From positions 32,001 to 96,000 of the forward strand of contig CAVSGG010000008.1 in NCBI GenBank assembly GCA_963727455.1: 64,000 nt of DNA. Direction: 5' to 3'. The notes under the pieces were generated by a model that worked only from the letters and a program-made list of their open reading frames with translations, was not told the DNA's origin and did no database searches. This document shows, piece after piece, positions 47,332 to 57,528 of the stretch; the stretch's first letter is position 1; every line of letters starts with the position of its first letter. A program made the position numbers and the translations under genes. This stretch comes from Candidatus Krumholzibacteriota bacterium. Lineage in GTDB: Bacteria; Krumholzibacteriota; Krumholzibacteriia; JAJRXK01.

Positions 47332-49992
47332 TCAACCGGCGCTCCCGTTCTTTTCGAGAGCAGCCTGTGCGGCGGCCAACCGGGCAATCGGCACCCGGTA
47401 GGGAGAACAACTAACATAATCCAGGCCAACTCGATGGAAGAATGCCACCGAGTCGGGATCACCTCCATGCTCCCCACAAACTCCCAGTTTGAGACCCGGC
47501 TTCACTCGGCGCCCCTTCTCACAGGCCATCTTAACCAGCTGACCCACGCCCTTCTGGTCAAGGCTCTGGAAGGGATCCTTGGGGAGAATTCCCTGTCCGA
47601 CATAGCCCGGCAGGAAGGAGCCAGCGTCGTCCCGGCTGAAGCCAAAGCTCATCTGCGTGAGATCGTTGGTCCCAAAGGAGAAGAAGTCCGCCTCCTTTGC
47701 CACCGCGTCCGCGGTCAGAGCTGCGCGCGGAATCTCAATCATGGTTCCCACCAGGTATGTGAGTTCTTGTCCGCTGTCCGCGATCAGCTCGTCCGCCTTG
47801 GCGATAGCCTGCCCGCGTAGGATGCGCAGCTCCTCGTCGATTCCCACCAAGGGAATCATGATTTCGGGCTTGGGGGTTTTCCCCGCCTTTTGCACTTCTA
47901 GAGCGGCGCGGATGATCGCCTCCACCTGCATCAAGTAGATCTGGGGATAGCTGATCCCGAGGCGGCAACCCCGGTGCCCCAGCATCGGATTGAACTCCTG
48001 CAGCGAATCTACGATGCGGCGCATTTCATCGACATCCATGGAGAGTTCACGGGCCAGCCGCTCGATCTCTTCTTTCTCGTGCGGTAAGAATTCGTGCAGC
48101 GGCGGATCGAGCAGACGAATGGTGACGGGAAGACCGTCCATCGCCTCGAAGATTCCCTTGAAGTCCTCCATTTGGTAGGGGAGCAACTTGGCCAGCGCCT
48201 TCGCTCTCTGGTCGTCGTTCTGAGCCACGATCATTTCGCGTACCGCGCCGATCCGCTCTTCCCCGAAGAACATGTGCTCGGTGCGACAGAGTCCGATCCC
48301 CTCGGCTCCGAATTCGCGGGCGAGTTCGCTGTCGTGAGGGGTATCCGCGTTCGTGCGGACTCCGAGCCGACGGAATTCGTCAGCCCAAGCCATGAGTGTG
48401 CGAAAATTCTCGTCCTGCTTGGGAGGAAGAGTCGGGACCTCACCTTCGATCACTTCCCCCGAACTTCCGTCCAGAGTGATGATATCTCCGCGGTGGAAGA
48501 CCTTCCCCTTGACCTTCATGGTCCCCGCAGACTCCTCGAGTGATATCTCGCCGCAACCGGCGACGCAGCACTTCCCCATCCCCCTCGCCACGACGGCCGC
48601 GTGGCTGGTCATCCCACCTCGCTGAGTGAGGATGGCGCGCGCCGCAGCCATTCCTCGGATGTCCTCGGGGCTGGTCTCCTTGCGCACCAGAATGACCGCG
48701 CGCTTTTCGTCGGCGGCATCGACCGCTTCTTCCGCGCTGAACACCAATTCCCCGCTCGCGGCGCCGGGGCTGGCTGGCAGACCCTTGGCCAACACGGTAT
48801 AGCTCGCCGAGCTGTCCAGCATCGGATGAAGCAATTGATCGAGTTGGTCGGGAAGAACTCGCTGGACGGCAGTTTTCTTGTCGATGAACTTCTCCTGGAC
48901 CATCTCCACCGCGATTCTCACTGCCGCGGCTCCTGTGCGTTTACCGGAACGCACTTGCAGCATCCACAGACGGTTTCTCTGAATCGTGAATTCGATGTCC
49001 AGCATGTCCCGGTAGTGATCCTCTAGCTTGCGCACGATCTCCAGAAGCTCTTGGTAGATCTCGGGCATCAGTTCCTCGAGCGAACCGCTCTCACCCTTTC
49101 GCTTGGCGAGATGCTGCGGAGTGCGCACTCCGGCCACGACGTCCTCGCCTTGGGCGTTGGGCAGATACTCCCCGTAGAAAGTGTGCTCCCCCGTGGAGGG
49201 GTCCCGCGTGAATGCCACACCCGTGGCGCAGTCGTCCCCCATGTTCCCGAAGACCATCGACTGGACGCTCACCGCAGTACCCCATTCGTCGGGATAGCCG
49301 TGCATTGCGCGGTAGGCGATGGCGCGATCGTTGTTCCAGGAGCGAAATACGGCCGTGATGGCTTGCCACAACTGGTCCCAGGGATCTTGCGGGAAATCGC
49401 TCCCGTGCTCCCTGCGTACGATCTCTTTGTAACGCTCGATCAGCTCGCTCAAGTCCGCGGCATCGAGCTGGGTATCCTGCTCGACGCCCTTCTTCTCCTT
49501 GAGAGCGTCCAGGGTGTCCTCGAAATTGGAACTCTCGATGCCCAGGACCACGTTTCCGAACATCTGGATGAAACGGCGGTAGCTGTCGTTCGCGAAACGC
49601 GGGTTCTCCGTCGCCCGCGCCAGAGACTTTGCGGTTTCGTCGTTCAGACCCAGATTCAGCACCGTATCCATCATACCTGGCATCGAGACACGCGCACCCG
49701 ATCGGACCGAAACGAGGAGGGGGTTCTCGCTACCGCCGAAGCGGCTCGAGAGAATGGACTCCATGCGTGAAATTGCGGAGCGCACGAGTTCGTCCAGCTC
49801 AGACGGGAGAGACCGGTCCTTCGAGGCATAGTAGGAGGCGCAGACCTCCGTGCTGATCGTGAAGCCAGGGGGCACCGGGAGTCCCAGGTTGGTCATCTCG
49901 GCCAGGTTGGCGCCCTTTCCCCCCAGTAGATCCTTCAGTTGAGCATTTCCGTCCGCCTTGCCCTCACCGAAGAAATACAAGATCTGGCTCAC
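47332..49992 (-). CDS. ppdK: pyruvate, phosphate dikinase
   Basis: LLGGKGANLAEM, SMPGMMDT, GGMTSHAAVVAR, GLCRTEHMF, GTNDLTQ, CGEHGG; GTG 49992 with GGAGG. Confidence 0.99.
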   Translation of the reverse strand: MSQILYFFGEGKADGNAQLKDLLGGKGANLAEMTNLGLPVPPGFTISTEVCASYYASKDRSLPSELDELVRSAISRMESILSSRFGGSENPLLVSVRSGARVSMPGMMDTVLNLGLNDETAKSLARATENPRFANDSYRRFIQMFGNVVLGIESSNFEDTLDALKEKKGVEQDTQLDAADLSELIERYKEIVRREHGSDFPQDPWDQLWQAITAVFRSWNNDRAIAYRAMHGYPDEWGTAVSVQSMVFGNMGDDCATGVAFTRDPSTGEHTFYGEYLPNAQGEDVVAGVRTPQHLAKRKGESGSLEELMPEIYQELLEIVRKLEDHYRDMLDIEFTIQRNRLWMLQVRSGKRTGAAAVRIAVEMVQEKFIDKKTAVQRVLPDQLDQLLHPMLDSSASYTVLAKGLPASPGAASGELVFSAEEAVDAADEKRAVILVRKETSPEDIRGMAAARAILTQRGGMTSHAAVVARGMGKCCVAGCGEISLEESAGTMKVKGKVFHRGDIITLDGSSGEVIEGEVPTLPPKQDENFRTLMAWADEFRRLGVRTNADTPHDSELAREFGAEGIGLCRTEHMFFGEERIGAVREMIVAQNDDQRAKALAKLLPYQMEDFKGIFEAMDGLPVTIRLLDPPLHEFLPHEKEEIERLARELSMDVDEMRRIVDSLQEFNPMLGHRGCRLGISYPQIYLMQVEAIIRAALEVQKAGKTPKPEIMIPLVGIDEELRILRGQAIAKADELIADSGQELTYLVGTMIEIPRAALTADAVAKEADFFSFGTNDLTQMSFGFSRDDAGSFLPGYVGQGILPKDPFQSLDQKGVGQLVKMACEKGRRVKPGLKLGVCGEHGGDPDSVAFFHRVGLDYVSCSPYRVPIARLAAAQAALEKNGSAG

Positions 49993-50082
49993 TGCTCGTC
50001 CTCCCGGATTGATTCTCATCATTGCGGGCAAGATCGAGAGGAAGGCTCCTGCTCTCGGTGCCCATCGCGAAAAGTGCCAGCG

Positions 50083-50111
50083 ATGATAGGTTGCTGGTCG
50101 CGGAGTGTCAA
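50083..50111 (-). promoter_or_regulatory. sigma70-type promoter of ppdK
   Basis: TTGACA-17-TATCAT. Confidence 0.75.
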
Positions 50112-50163
50112 AGTCTTCGGCGGAAGCGAAGAGGAAGGAGTGAGAATTTCAGGACGCTTCCGA

Positions 50164-52584
50164 TCAGCGGATGATCGTCAGCTTACCTACCCTCTCCCCT
50201 CCCTGCGCGTTCGTAATTCTCCAGATATACACGCCACTGACGACCTCTCGGCCCCTGGAGTTCTTGGTGTCCCAGACGATGGTCCCTCGCTGTTCGCCGC
50301 TCACAACCTCGTTGCTCAGCTCGGTCACGAGGTCCCCGGCCAAGGTGAAGATCTCCGCCTTGGAGTTCAGAGAAACGTTGACAAAGTGAATCGAGGACCC
50401 ACCCGTCTCATCCCAGCCCGCGTTGCGACGGAGTGGATTGGGAACGACCCAGATTTTCGAGAGATCGGGAGAGACCTTCTTGCTGACGGTAAATACCGTA
50501 TCGTTGTAGTTGCCGGGGAGAATTTGGTCCTGTGCCTGGGGCGATGACTCGTATTCCGAGCGAGGCGAGAACTCCATATCCCGATCCAAACCGCGGGGAC
50601 TGATATTGCCGACGAAACCGTAATCGAAGGTACTCACCGCGTAGTGATAGGTGAAGCCATCGTAAATGTCCCGATCGAAGAAGCTCACGCGACCAGTAGC
50701 ATCGTTGAAACTGAAACAGTTCGAGCGCTTGTCCGCGAAACAACCAGCGATGATCCGCGGGTTCTCCGCGTCGCACGGAGTCGAATAGCAAAATTCAGGA
50801 TTGTTTCGATCGTAGAGGCCGATCAGCTCCCAGAGAGGCTCCTTGCTATTGGGCACGAACTTCACCGAGCGCCAGACTGCGTACCCTTGGAAGGTCTGTG
50901 CTCGGATCGAAAAGCTATCTCCTTGACGCAATAATCCGTTGCTGTCCGCGGTGTCGGCGACCATGAATCTCATAATGAGACCTACGTCGGCGTTTCGTAG
51001 ACTCTGAGCCGATGCGGTCACGTCAATGGTGTCCGTGAGTGGAATAGGCGCCCCCGGCTCGTAGATTCCACCACCCCGGCTACCTAGAATCAGCTCCCCA
51101 GGTCGAGCCGGATTGAAGGCCAGATCTCCCACCTGAGAAGTAACCGGTGCAACGGTGAGTTCATCGTAGAGAAGTGTCCAGAGCTCACCACCATCGATGG
51201 AGTGGAGAATACCGCTCTCGGGAGTCGCCATGAAAAGCTCGCTGGGATTCGACTCGCTTTGGATGATTTTCCGCAAAGATGGGACCGGGCCATTCGTTCC
51301 TGGCGGCAAAAACGAGTTGGAGTCTGACCAACTCAAGCCGCCATCCTCGCTGATGAACAGACCTCGCGACGAAGAGGCAGCCAGAAGCCGCTGAGAATTG
51401 CTTCTGTCGATAAGCAAGTTTCGTATGCTCACCTTACGGCCGGAAGGATATTGAGTACTCGGGTTGAGGACCATGCCCCCATCCCTGCGCTCCCAGCTCG
51501 CCCCCCCATCTGTCGTTGCGTAAACGCCCCAACTCTGCAGGGCCACGTAAATGAGGTCGGGATCGCTCGGAGAACTCGCGACGTCGTAAACTTGGGGCAG
51601 AGCGACTTGAGCAGAATCGGGGCTCGTCGCGGTGGGGCGAGGCACCAGCAAAGACGAGAGGAGACTCCAAGTGTCGCCGTTATCCGTGCTCTCGAAGAAA
51701 CCCAGACCGTTGAGGGAAAGGAAGAGGCGTCCCGTCCTCCCTTCGTACTTGATCAAGCTTACCTCTTGCTTACCACTCGAGATACTCTTGCCGATACGCT
51801 CGAAGCTTGCCCCAGAATCGGTGGATCGGAAGAGGCCGTCGCTGGTCCCCACGAGGATACGATCGGCATTGTCTGGATCCACCGCAATCGAGGAACCGGT
51901 AGCACCTGCACCCTTCAGTTGATCCAAAAGGGGATCGTTCGACGAGCTCAGCGTCACGCGCCAGCTCGCTGTCCCGTCGTCACTGCGCAAGACTGGAACC
52001 CCGGGAACGACGGCGTAGACACGTGTGTTACCCTGACCATCGGACCAAGTACCGATCGCATCGATATTGGTGCGACTCAGTGACTTGGGAATCCCCTGAT
52101 TCGCTTGGCTGGCGACACCCGAGCTGAGATCGACCCGAAAAACACCCCCCGAGTTGGACAAATTCAAAGAGCCTTGGAGGTAGCCCTCCGTCACTGATTC
52201 GCTCTTCCAGATCACCGAGAGCAAATCCACGCTCGGATCCCCCACGATTCCCCGACCCACGACGATGAAGTCGATATCGCGGTCGGAGTCCAAATTGTAG
52301 CTTCCTTCCACCGTGGGCACGAACTCCGTCAGAGCATCGGCACCGGTCATTACGTAACAGGCTGTGCTGTCAGTTGGCTGCGGCTGCCAACTGAGTTGAT
52401 TGCCTTCCACCGGCGCGGCCTGGAAATCGATGGTGAGATCCAATGGCGACCGCAGCTGCAGGAAGTCCCGACAGCCGCCCTGCGCACTCGCGGCGCTCGG
52501 AGCCAAGAGACATAGTACGCCGATCAAACTCAGGGCTGAGAGTCGGACTCGGGGAAACGTGAGGTGCATGCTACTACTCTTCAC
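50164..52584 (-). CDS. secreted BNR/Asp-box beta-propeller protein with T9SS-like C-terminal domain
   Basis: Signal peptide ending ASA; about six S.D.G.(S/T)W boxes; VVPNP...IFTLAGDLV...WD.KN..G..V.SGVY...KLTIIR; start ~52584 (listed ORF overlaps the upstream gene). Confidence 0.85.
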   Translation of the reverse strand: MKSSSMHLTFPRVRLSALSLIGVLCLLAPSAASAQGGCRDFLQLRSPLDLTIDFQAAPVEGNQLSWQPQPTDSTACYVMTGADALTEFVPTVEGSYNLDSDRDIDFIVVGRGIVGDPSVDLLSVIWKSESVTEGYLQGSLNLSNSGGVFRVDLSSGVASQANQGIPKSLSRTNIDAIGTWSDGQGNTRVYAVVPGVPVLRSDDGTASWRVTLSSSNDPLLDQLKGAGATGSSIAVDPDNADRILVGTSDGLFRSTDSGASFERIGKSISSGKQEVSLIKYEGRTGRLFLSLNGLGFFESTDNGDTWSLLSSLLVPRPTATSPDSAQVALPQVYDVASSPSDPDLIYVALQSWGVYATTDGGASWERRDGGMVLNPSTQYPSGRKVSIRNLLIDRSNSQRLLAASSSRGLFISEDGGLSWSDSNSFLPPGTNGPVPSLRKIIQSESNPSELFMATPESGILHSIDGGELWTLLYDELTVAPVTSQVGDLAFNPARPGELILGSRGGGIYEPGAPIPLTDTIDVTASAQSLRNADVGLIMRFMVADTADSNGLLRQGDSFSIRAQTFQGYAVWRSVKFVPNSKEPLWELIGLYDRNNPEFCYSTPCDAENPRIIAGCFADKRSNCFSFNDATGRVSFFDRDIYDGFTYHYAVSTFDYGFVGNISPRGLDRDMEFSPRSEYESSPQAQDQILPGNYNDTVFTVSKKVSPDLSKIWVVPNPLRRNAGWDETGGSSIHFVNVSLNSKAEIFTLAGDLVTELSNEVVSGEQRGTIVWDTKNSRGREVVSGVYIWRITNAQGGERVGKLTIIR

Positions 52585-52603
52585 CGATCCATCTTCCTCG
52601 GGT

Positions 52604-54943
52604 TTAGTTCGAAACGTTGATGTTCCAGTTCTGCCCGATGATCCAGAGCAGAGCGTTTTCCACATGATCCAGGTCGAAAGCCAGCGGATTGAATCCCCAA
52701 AGAAAGTCCTGCGATCCCGGCAGCTGCTTGTAAGGTGAGTACACATTGCTAACGATGCCGACCGCTGCCCCGTCCAGGGGAGAGTCCTCCCTGCCGTAAG
52801 GCTCGCACGAATTCTTGGGGTCAGAAACGATAGGATCCCCCGCCAAGGCCGTGCCTGCCGGCCAGACCTCGTCTCTCGCGGCTCGATGCACATACATGGC
52901 CATCTGGCAATCGCGCGGGATGAGAGTGACTTCCCGCGCGGGAGCAATGTTGCGGTTGTAGAACTCTTCCCACTGGTAGCGATAGAAGGTCAGACCAATG
53001 GGTAGGCCGTTCGATTGGGGAAGCCGTGGTGAATCTGCCTTGGACACCAGATCCTGAACGATTCCCTGCGCGCTCGGATACTGTTCCAGAAATTTCGGAT
53101 CGACTTCGGCCCGGAACAGGTAGTCACAATTCAACTGGCTGGTTCTCGGATTCCCGGGTCCCTCGCCAGTCCGACCGTTACTGACGGGCCTCACATGGTC
53201 ACTGGCCTCCAGACACCATCCGCTATAAGGCCAACGCTGGGTCCCGGCCGGTGTACACACCCCTTCGCTGGAGATAGAGGTGCAACCCAGTCCCAGGGGC
53301 GGTCTCTCCTCGGTATTGTAGATAAATGGATACTCCAGCGTGACCTTCTCGATGGCACCCTCCGTGGCGTAGGGGCCCACTAGGAGGAGGTTTCCGATCT
53401 TGGACTGATAGACTTCGAGCCAATTGTATCTTGGCCCATTGCCGGTGGGACGCAACTTCGTGGCAAACCCCGTGTCGTTACTCGTTCCCTGAATGAACCA
53501 GATCACCGATTTATAGCGGTTGATCAGCCGGAAATCCACGTCCACACCCCTGACGTAGTCCACCGAGGGATCGAAACCCGCGACTTTTCCTGCCAGCATG
53601 CTCTCCCACTGCGCGCGCCAAGCTATGGCATGAGAATCGTCCGTGAGCAAGTCGTAGTCGCTGACGAAGAGGAGATTTAGCTGTTGCGAACGTGGGGTGA
53701 TCTGGACGACCTCAAATTGAAAAGTTCCACGCGAAATGGACCCCGAGTTGTCGCGGCACTGCACGATGAAGTTCGGACTGCCTTGCTGAAAGGAACGGGT
53801 CGGAGCGCGCAAATAGCTGCTCCCCTTGCCCCAAGGCACCGCCCAACCCGGGTCATTCTCGTCGTTCACGTCCTGGACCTCCCAGCCATATCGATAGGCG
53901 TCGATAATGCCGGCATAGCTGGTAGCATCCGCGTACCAGCGGAAGTTCAGCGGTTGTCCGGCAGCGATCTCGAAGGTCTTCAGTAGATTGGTACCGCCGA
54001 ACGATGAGCTCCCCAGGAACTGATCCGTCACGACCAACGAGGGGAACTTGCCCCGCGAAATCTGCACATGGCGTACGTTGGTCCCCCACTGTAAAGTGGG
54101 AGTCACCGCTCCCGCCACATCCTTGGCTTGCACCGCGAAGAAGTACGACTCTCCGACGTCCTTGACGGGAAAGGTCACCACTCTCCCACTGTCGTCGGCC
54201 GCGTCGTACGCGATCCAATCGCTCCAGTGGCCGTTGAAGATCTTGGCCGGATCGAGGGTCTCATAGACGAACCGAGTCAGGCAGGTATCCGGCCCCAAGT
54301 CTGGCTCCATCACGTCGCGCGTGTTGACCAGCGCGTAGCGAACCGCCGCCGGGTCCTTGGCGAGATTGTCCGGGTCGTTTCCCTCCCAGCCAAAGGTCAA
54401 TGCACGCGCGGAGGCCACACAGACGATCGAGTTATTGGACTTGGGAAGAGTGATGTTGATGGTTGGCGAAAGGGTCGTGGCAGTGAATGAGACCATCGCT
54501 GGGGTGGCATCAGCCATGCCGAGGTTATCCACCGCTCGCACGAAGAAGGTATGCGTTTGCCAATAACGGAAGTCCTTGGGATCGGTAATCTGGGGGTTGT
54601 CGACGTCGGTCTGGAACAAGGCGATATCCGCGCTTACCGAGAAGGTGGAATCGGTCACTACGGTGGAATGCCATGCGAGTCCCAGAGTGTCTGCCTGGTC
54701 CACAAAGCCATCTCTGCCGTTGTCGCTGATGCGCCATTCGAAGTGGTCCACCCAGCCGTCATTATCCAGCCCGGTCCAGAAGAACTTCACCGTAAAGGAG
54801 GTCTCTTCAAGAGCGGGGGGGGTCGCCGTCACTCGGGTATCGGGGGGTTGATTCGCCGTCACTGTACCTTCGAAGCCGCTCTGGCAGGCGCTGATTCCCA
54901 GCGCTGTTAGCAGTGACAGAGTTAGGCAGATTAGTTTCTTCAT
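52604..54943 (-). CDS. large lipoprotein with Ig/FN3-like 'PPDT' domains
   Basis: MKKLICLTLSLLTALGISAC lipobox, GGAGGGG SD; NQPPDT, W.G.D.DG, HTFFVRAVD..G..D.TPA. Confidence 0.82.
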   Translation of the reverse strand: MKKLICLTLSLLTALGISACQSGFEGTVTANQPPDTRVTATPPALEETSFTVKFFWTGLDNDGWVDHFEWRISDNGRDGFVDQADTLGLAWHSTVVTDSTFSVSADIALFQTDVDNPQITDPKDFRYWQTHTFFVRAVDNLGMADATPAMVSFTATTLSPTINITLPKSNNSIVCVASARALTFGWEGNDPDNLAKDPAAVRYALVNTRDVMEPDLGPDTCLTRFVYETLDPAKIFNGHWSDWIAYDAADDSGRVVTFPVKDVGESYFFAVQAKDVAGAVTPTLQWGTNVRHVQISRGKFPSLVVTDQFLGSSSFGGTNLLKTFEIAAGQPLNFRWYADATSYAGIIDAYRYGWEVQDVNDENDPGWAVPWGKGSSYLRAPTRSFQQGSPNFIVQCRDNSGSISRGTFQFEVVQITPRSQQLNLLFVSDYDLLTDDSHAIAWRAQWESMLAGKVAGFDPSVDYVRGVDVDFRLINRYKSVIWFIQGTSNDTGFATKLRPTGNGPRYNWLEVYQSKIGNLLLVGPYATEGAIEKVTLEYPFIYNTEERPPLGLGCTSISSEGVCTPAGTQRWPYSGWCLEASDHVRPVSNGRTGEGPGNPRTSQLNCDYLFRAEVDPKFLEQYPSAQGIVQDLVSKADSPRLPQSNGLPIGLTFYRYQWEEFYNRNIAPAREVTLIPRDCQMAMYVHRAARDEVWPAGTALAGDPIVSDPKNSCEPYGREDSPLDGAAVGIVSNVYSPYKQLPGSQDFLWGFNPLAFDLDHVENALLWIIGQNWNINVSN

Positions 54944-55029
54944 TGCACCCCTCCCGCACTGGGCAGGCATGATCGTTTCTGGGGGGTCGGGATTCGTTTT
55001 CGCGAGATATCGAGGCCTCCGCTCGACGC

Positions 55030-57261
55030 TCAATTGTCCGGCATATAGTCGTCCGGCGGCCAGAGCTGGGTGATCACGCCGGTGCCTCCCGGATCCAGTC
55101 CGAGGTAGGCGGGGAATACCGTCTCGACGATCTTCGAACGTCTACCCTTGTCGGACATCGGTATGTCGACCGTATTGCTACCGCAGCTTTCTCTCACGCG
55201 GAGGTAGCAGTACTGAAACACCTGACCGACTTTGGTCGTCTTCCCCTGAACTCGCAGATGAAGATGCCCGAGCTGGCGTGCCAGCACCACTCCCAACTTG
55301 TAGAACTGCCCCTCGGATGTCGTATCCGTTCCCTTCGCGAAGAGTTGCGGGGCACGCCATAGAAGCTGGGGAACGAAGATCTCGACTCCCTTGCCTGGCA
55401 CGCCGGCGCTCATTTCCCAGAAGTTGCTGGTCCCCGGGGACTCCCAGCGCCCGAACACGTCGCGTCCGGCCCCTTCTTTCGTTTGATTCAGCGGATCGTT
55501 CTCGCTGTTGAGCTGGTAAGTCCAGGATTCCAGCGAACCCTCCGGTTCACGCGCATCGGGGCGTCCCTCGAAGCGTACCGAGAAACGGATGATGTTCCCC
55601 TGGATCGCTCTCCAACTATCATCCTCTTTGGTCGCGGAGAAGACGTACTTCGAGCCATCCCAGTAGCGCACCGTGCCTTCCGGCGGATTATCCAGATTCA
55701 CGGTGTAATCCACGGTGTTCGCGGGCCAACGTTGCGTCGCAAAGGCCGGCTCCTTGATCACGAGACTGTCCGCGTTACCGGGAGAGACCGAACTGAGAAT
55801 CGGGATGAAGCCCGCCACGAAACTGAATGTGGGAGGCGAAGGATCCTTACGGAGAAGTTCGTCCTCGGTGCGAAACGACATGGAGTAATCGAAGGGCCCT
55901 ACGTGAAAACCAAGCGTGTCTGGACGTTCGGCCGGACTATAGGAGGACTTCCAGTAAAAATTCGCTCCGCGATCATTCACCGCACGCGCTTCTTCGATCC
56001 TCGTCTGGTAACTGACCTCGCTATCGGGATTGGAACTCACGTTCGGGTAGTCGCAACAAGGCAGGCCGGCAAGCAGGGGATCGTTACGATTCCGCTCGAA
56101 ACGGTCCACCCCTCGCTGCTTGAACTGCACGTAGGACTTGTCTGGTACCGTATCCCCTTCGCTGAAATTGAGCCAGTTGACGCCGTCCGTCGTGTACCTC
56201 GGCCACTGCGAGTCCCTGATCAACTCGGTTTCGGGCGGATAATTCACGTTGAAACGCAATTCTCCCGAGAGAGCCGTGCTCTGCACCAGTGCCTCATCCA
56301 GCGCCACGACCTTCAACAGATGGAAGCCAGAGTCCCACATGCGGAGTTCGGGACAATCGCCCCAGCCCGAGTTACAGCCCGAAGGGAGGTTATTAGGATC
56401 GATATTCTCGTCGTTCTGGTAGTCAAAACACGTGGTGTCCAGACCCCAACTCTCCACTTCGCGGCCGAGATCCGGATCGTAGGTCGTCGGATAGAACCTG
56501 GCATTCTGGATGTCCGACGCCTTATAGCGATACCCGGTAATGGCTCCGTTCGGTGATGAAGCCTCCCAGCAAATGCGGAAGTGATTGGCGAAACCGATGT
56601 AGGGCTCATCCGTGGACTCCGGCGAAATTACATTCGGATCGGGAGCCCAGGGCCAAATCGTGTCCCCGGAAAGCTTCGGGCCATCAGTGGTGCCTACCCA
56701 ACGCTCCGTCTCCTGACCGGACTCATCGATGGTTGTGACAGAAAAGCGAATGACCGGATTCCCCAGGCTGTTGTTGAAAAAGTGCAAGCGAGCTGGAGTC
56801 GGATCGATTGCCCCCCTATCGTCCACTGCTACGATATGGAAGGTAATGTCCTTGGAAGTGTTGGACTCTCGATCGATGGTGAAGACGAAGACCGAATCGG
56901 TCTTGGTGGTGTAGCCAACGATCCTCCCGTCTGTCTGCCTCAAGGTGAGCGCGTCGTCGGCGGGATCGAAGCGGACATCTTCCTCGTCGACGTTCGGTTG
57001 AGTCTCGTCCCGCACCGTGGAATCGGTGATCGCGAAGATGAACTTCACTACCTCTCCGTCTACGTCATTCCCATACCAATACATGTGCCGGTTGAACACC
57101 GTTCCGGTGGTCTCCGCCGGAGCCCCGGTTATGAAGGTGTCGGGAGGAATGTTGACGATGATCGGTTCGGGGTCGAAGGCCCGGCACCCGTAGAAGACCA
57201 CGAGAAAAAGCAGCAGCAAGAGTGCCGCGGAGGCAAATCTTGATTCGATTCGGCGTACCAT
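55030..57261 (-). CDS. large lipoprotein with Ig/FN3-like 'PPDT' domains
   Basis: LLLLLFLVVFYGC lipobox; NIPPDT, WYGNDVDG, TFHIVAVDDRGAIDPTPA, NYPPET. Confidence 0.82.
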   Translation of the reverse strand: MVRRIESRFASAALLLLLFLVVFYGCRAFDPEPIIVNIPPDTFITGAPAETTGTVFNRHMYWYGNDVDGEVVKFIFAITDSTVRDETQPNVDEEDVRFDPADDALTLRQTDGRIVGYTTKTDSVFVFTIDRESNTSKDITFHIVAVDDRGAIDPTPARLHFFNNSLGNPVIRFSVTTIDESGQETERWVGTTDGPKLSGDTIWPWAPDPNVISPESTDEPYIGFANHFRICWEASSPNGAITGYRYKASDIQNARFYPTTYDPDLGREVESWGLDTTCFDYQNDENIDPNNLPSGCNSGWGDCPELRMWDSGFHLLKVVALDEALVQSTALSGELRFNVNYPPETELIRDSQWPRYTTDGVNWLNFSEGDTVPDKSYVQFKQRGVDRFERNRNDPLLAGLPCCDYPNVSSNPDSEVSYQTRIEEARAVNDRGANFYWKSSYSPAERPDTLGFHVGPFDYSMSFRTEDELLRKDPSPPTFSFVAGFIPILSSVSPGNADSLVIKEPAFATQRWPANTVDYTVNLDNPPEGTVRYWDGSKYVFSATKEDDSWRAIQGNIIRFSVRFEGRPDAREPEGSLESWTYQLNSENDPLNQTKEGAGRDVFGRWESPGTSNFWEMSAGVPGKGVEIFVPQLLWRAPQLFAKGTDTTSEGQFYKLGVVLARQLGHLHLRVQGKTTKVGQVFQYCYLRVRESCGSNTVDIPMSDKGRRSKIVETVFPAYLGLDPGGTGVITQLWPPDDYMPDN

Positions 57262-57390
57262 AGACTTCCCCGAGCCCCTCGGCTATGACCCCAGCAAAGG
57301 GAGCGATTCTAGACTCTTCGATTCACCAATCGGACACCCGGTGGGGGCTGGGTGCGTACAAATCAGGAACTTCCGACTTAAGCCGCTGGA

Positions 57391-57420
57391 AATATAGGGC
57401 TTCGGTCGCGTCACTGTCAA
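57391..57420 (-). promoter_or_regulatory. sigma70-type promoter of the lipoprotein operon
   Basis: TTGACA-18-TATATT. Confidence 0.65.
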
Positions 57421-57528
57421 CACCTCCATCCCGCGGGGTGAACGCGGTAAATTCCTTTGCTAACAGTAACTTATACCGGTCGAGGGGCGACCCCCGCCGC
57501 CCCCTTCAAGACGAGGCGGAAAGCCCCT

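Noticed and set aside
57455-57476. AT-rich IHF-like site (also near 33470 and 21160)
   Set aside because: Only partial matches to WATCAANNNNTTR; not supportable by eye
57482-57507. Terminator after glyS
   Set aside because: GC hairpin present but no U-tract; function uncertain
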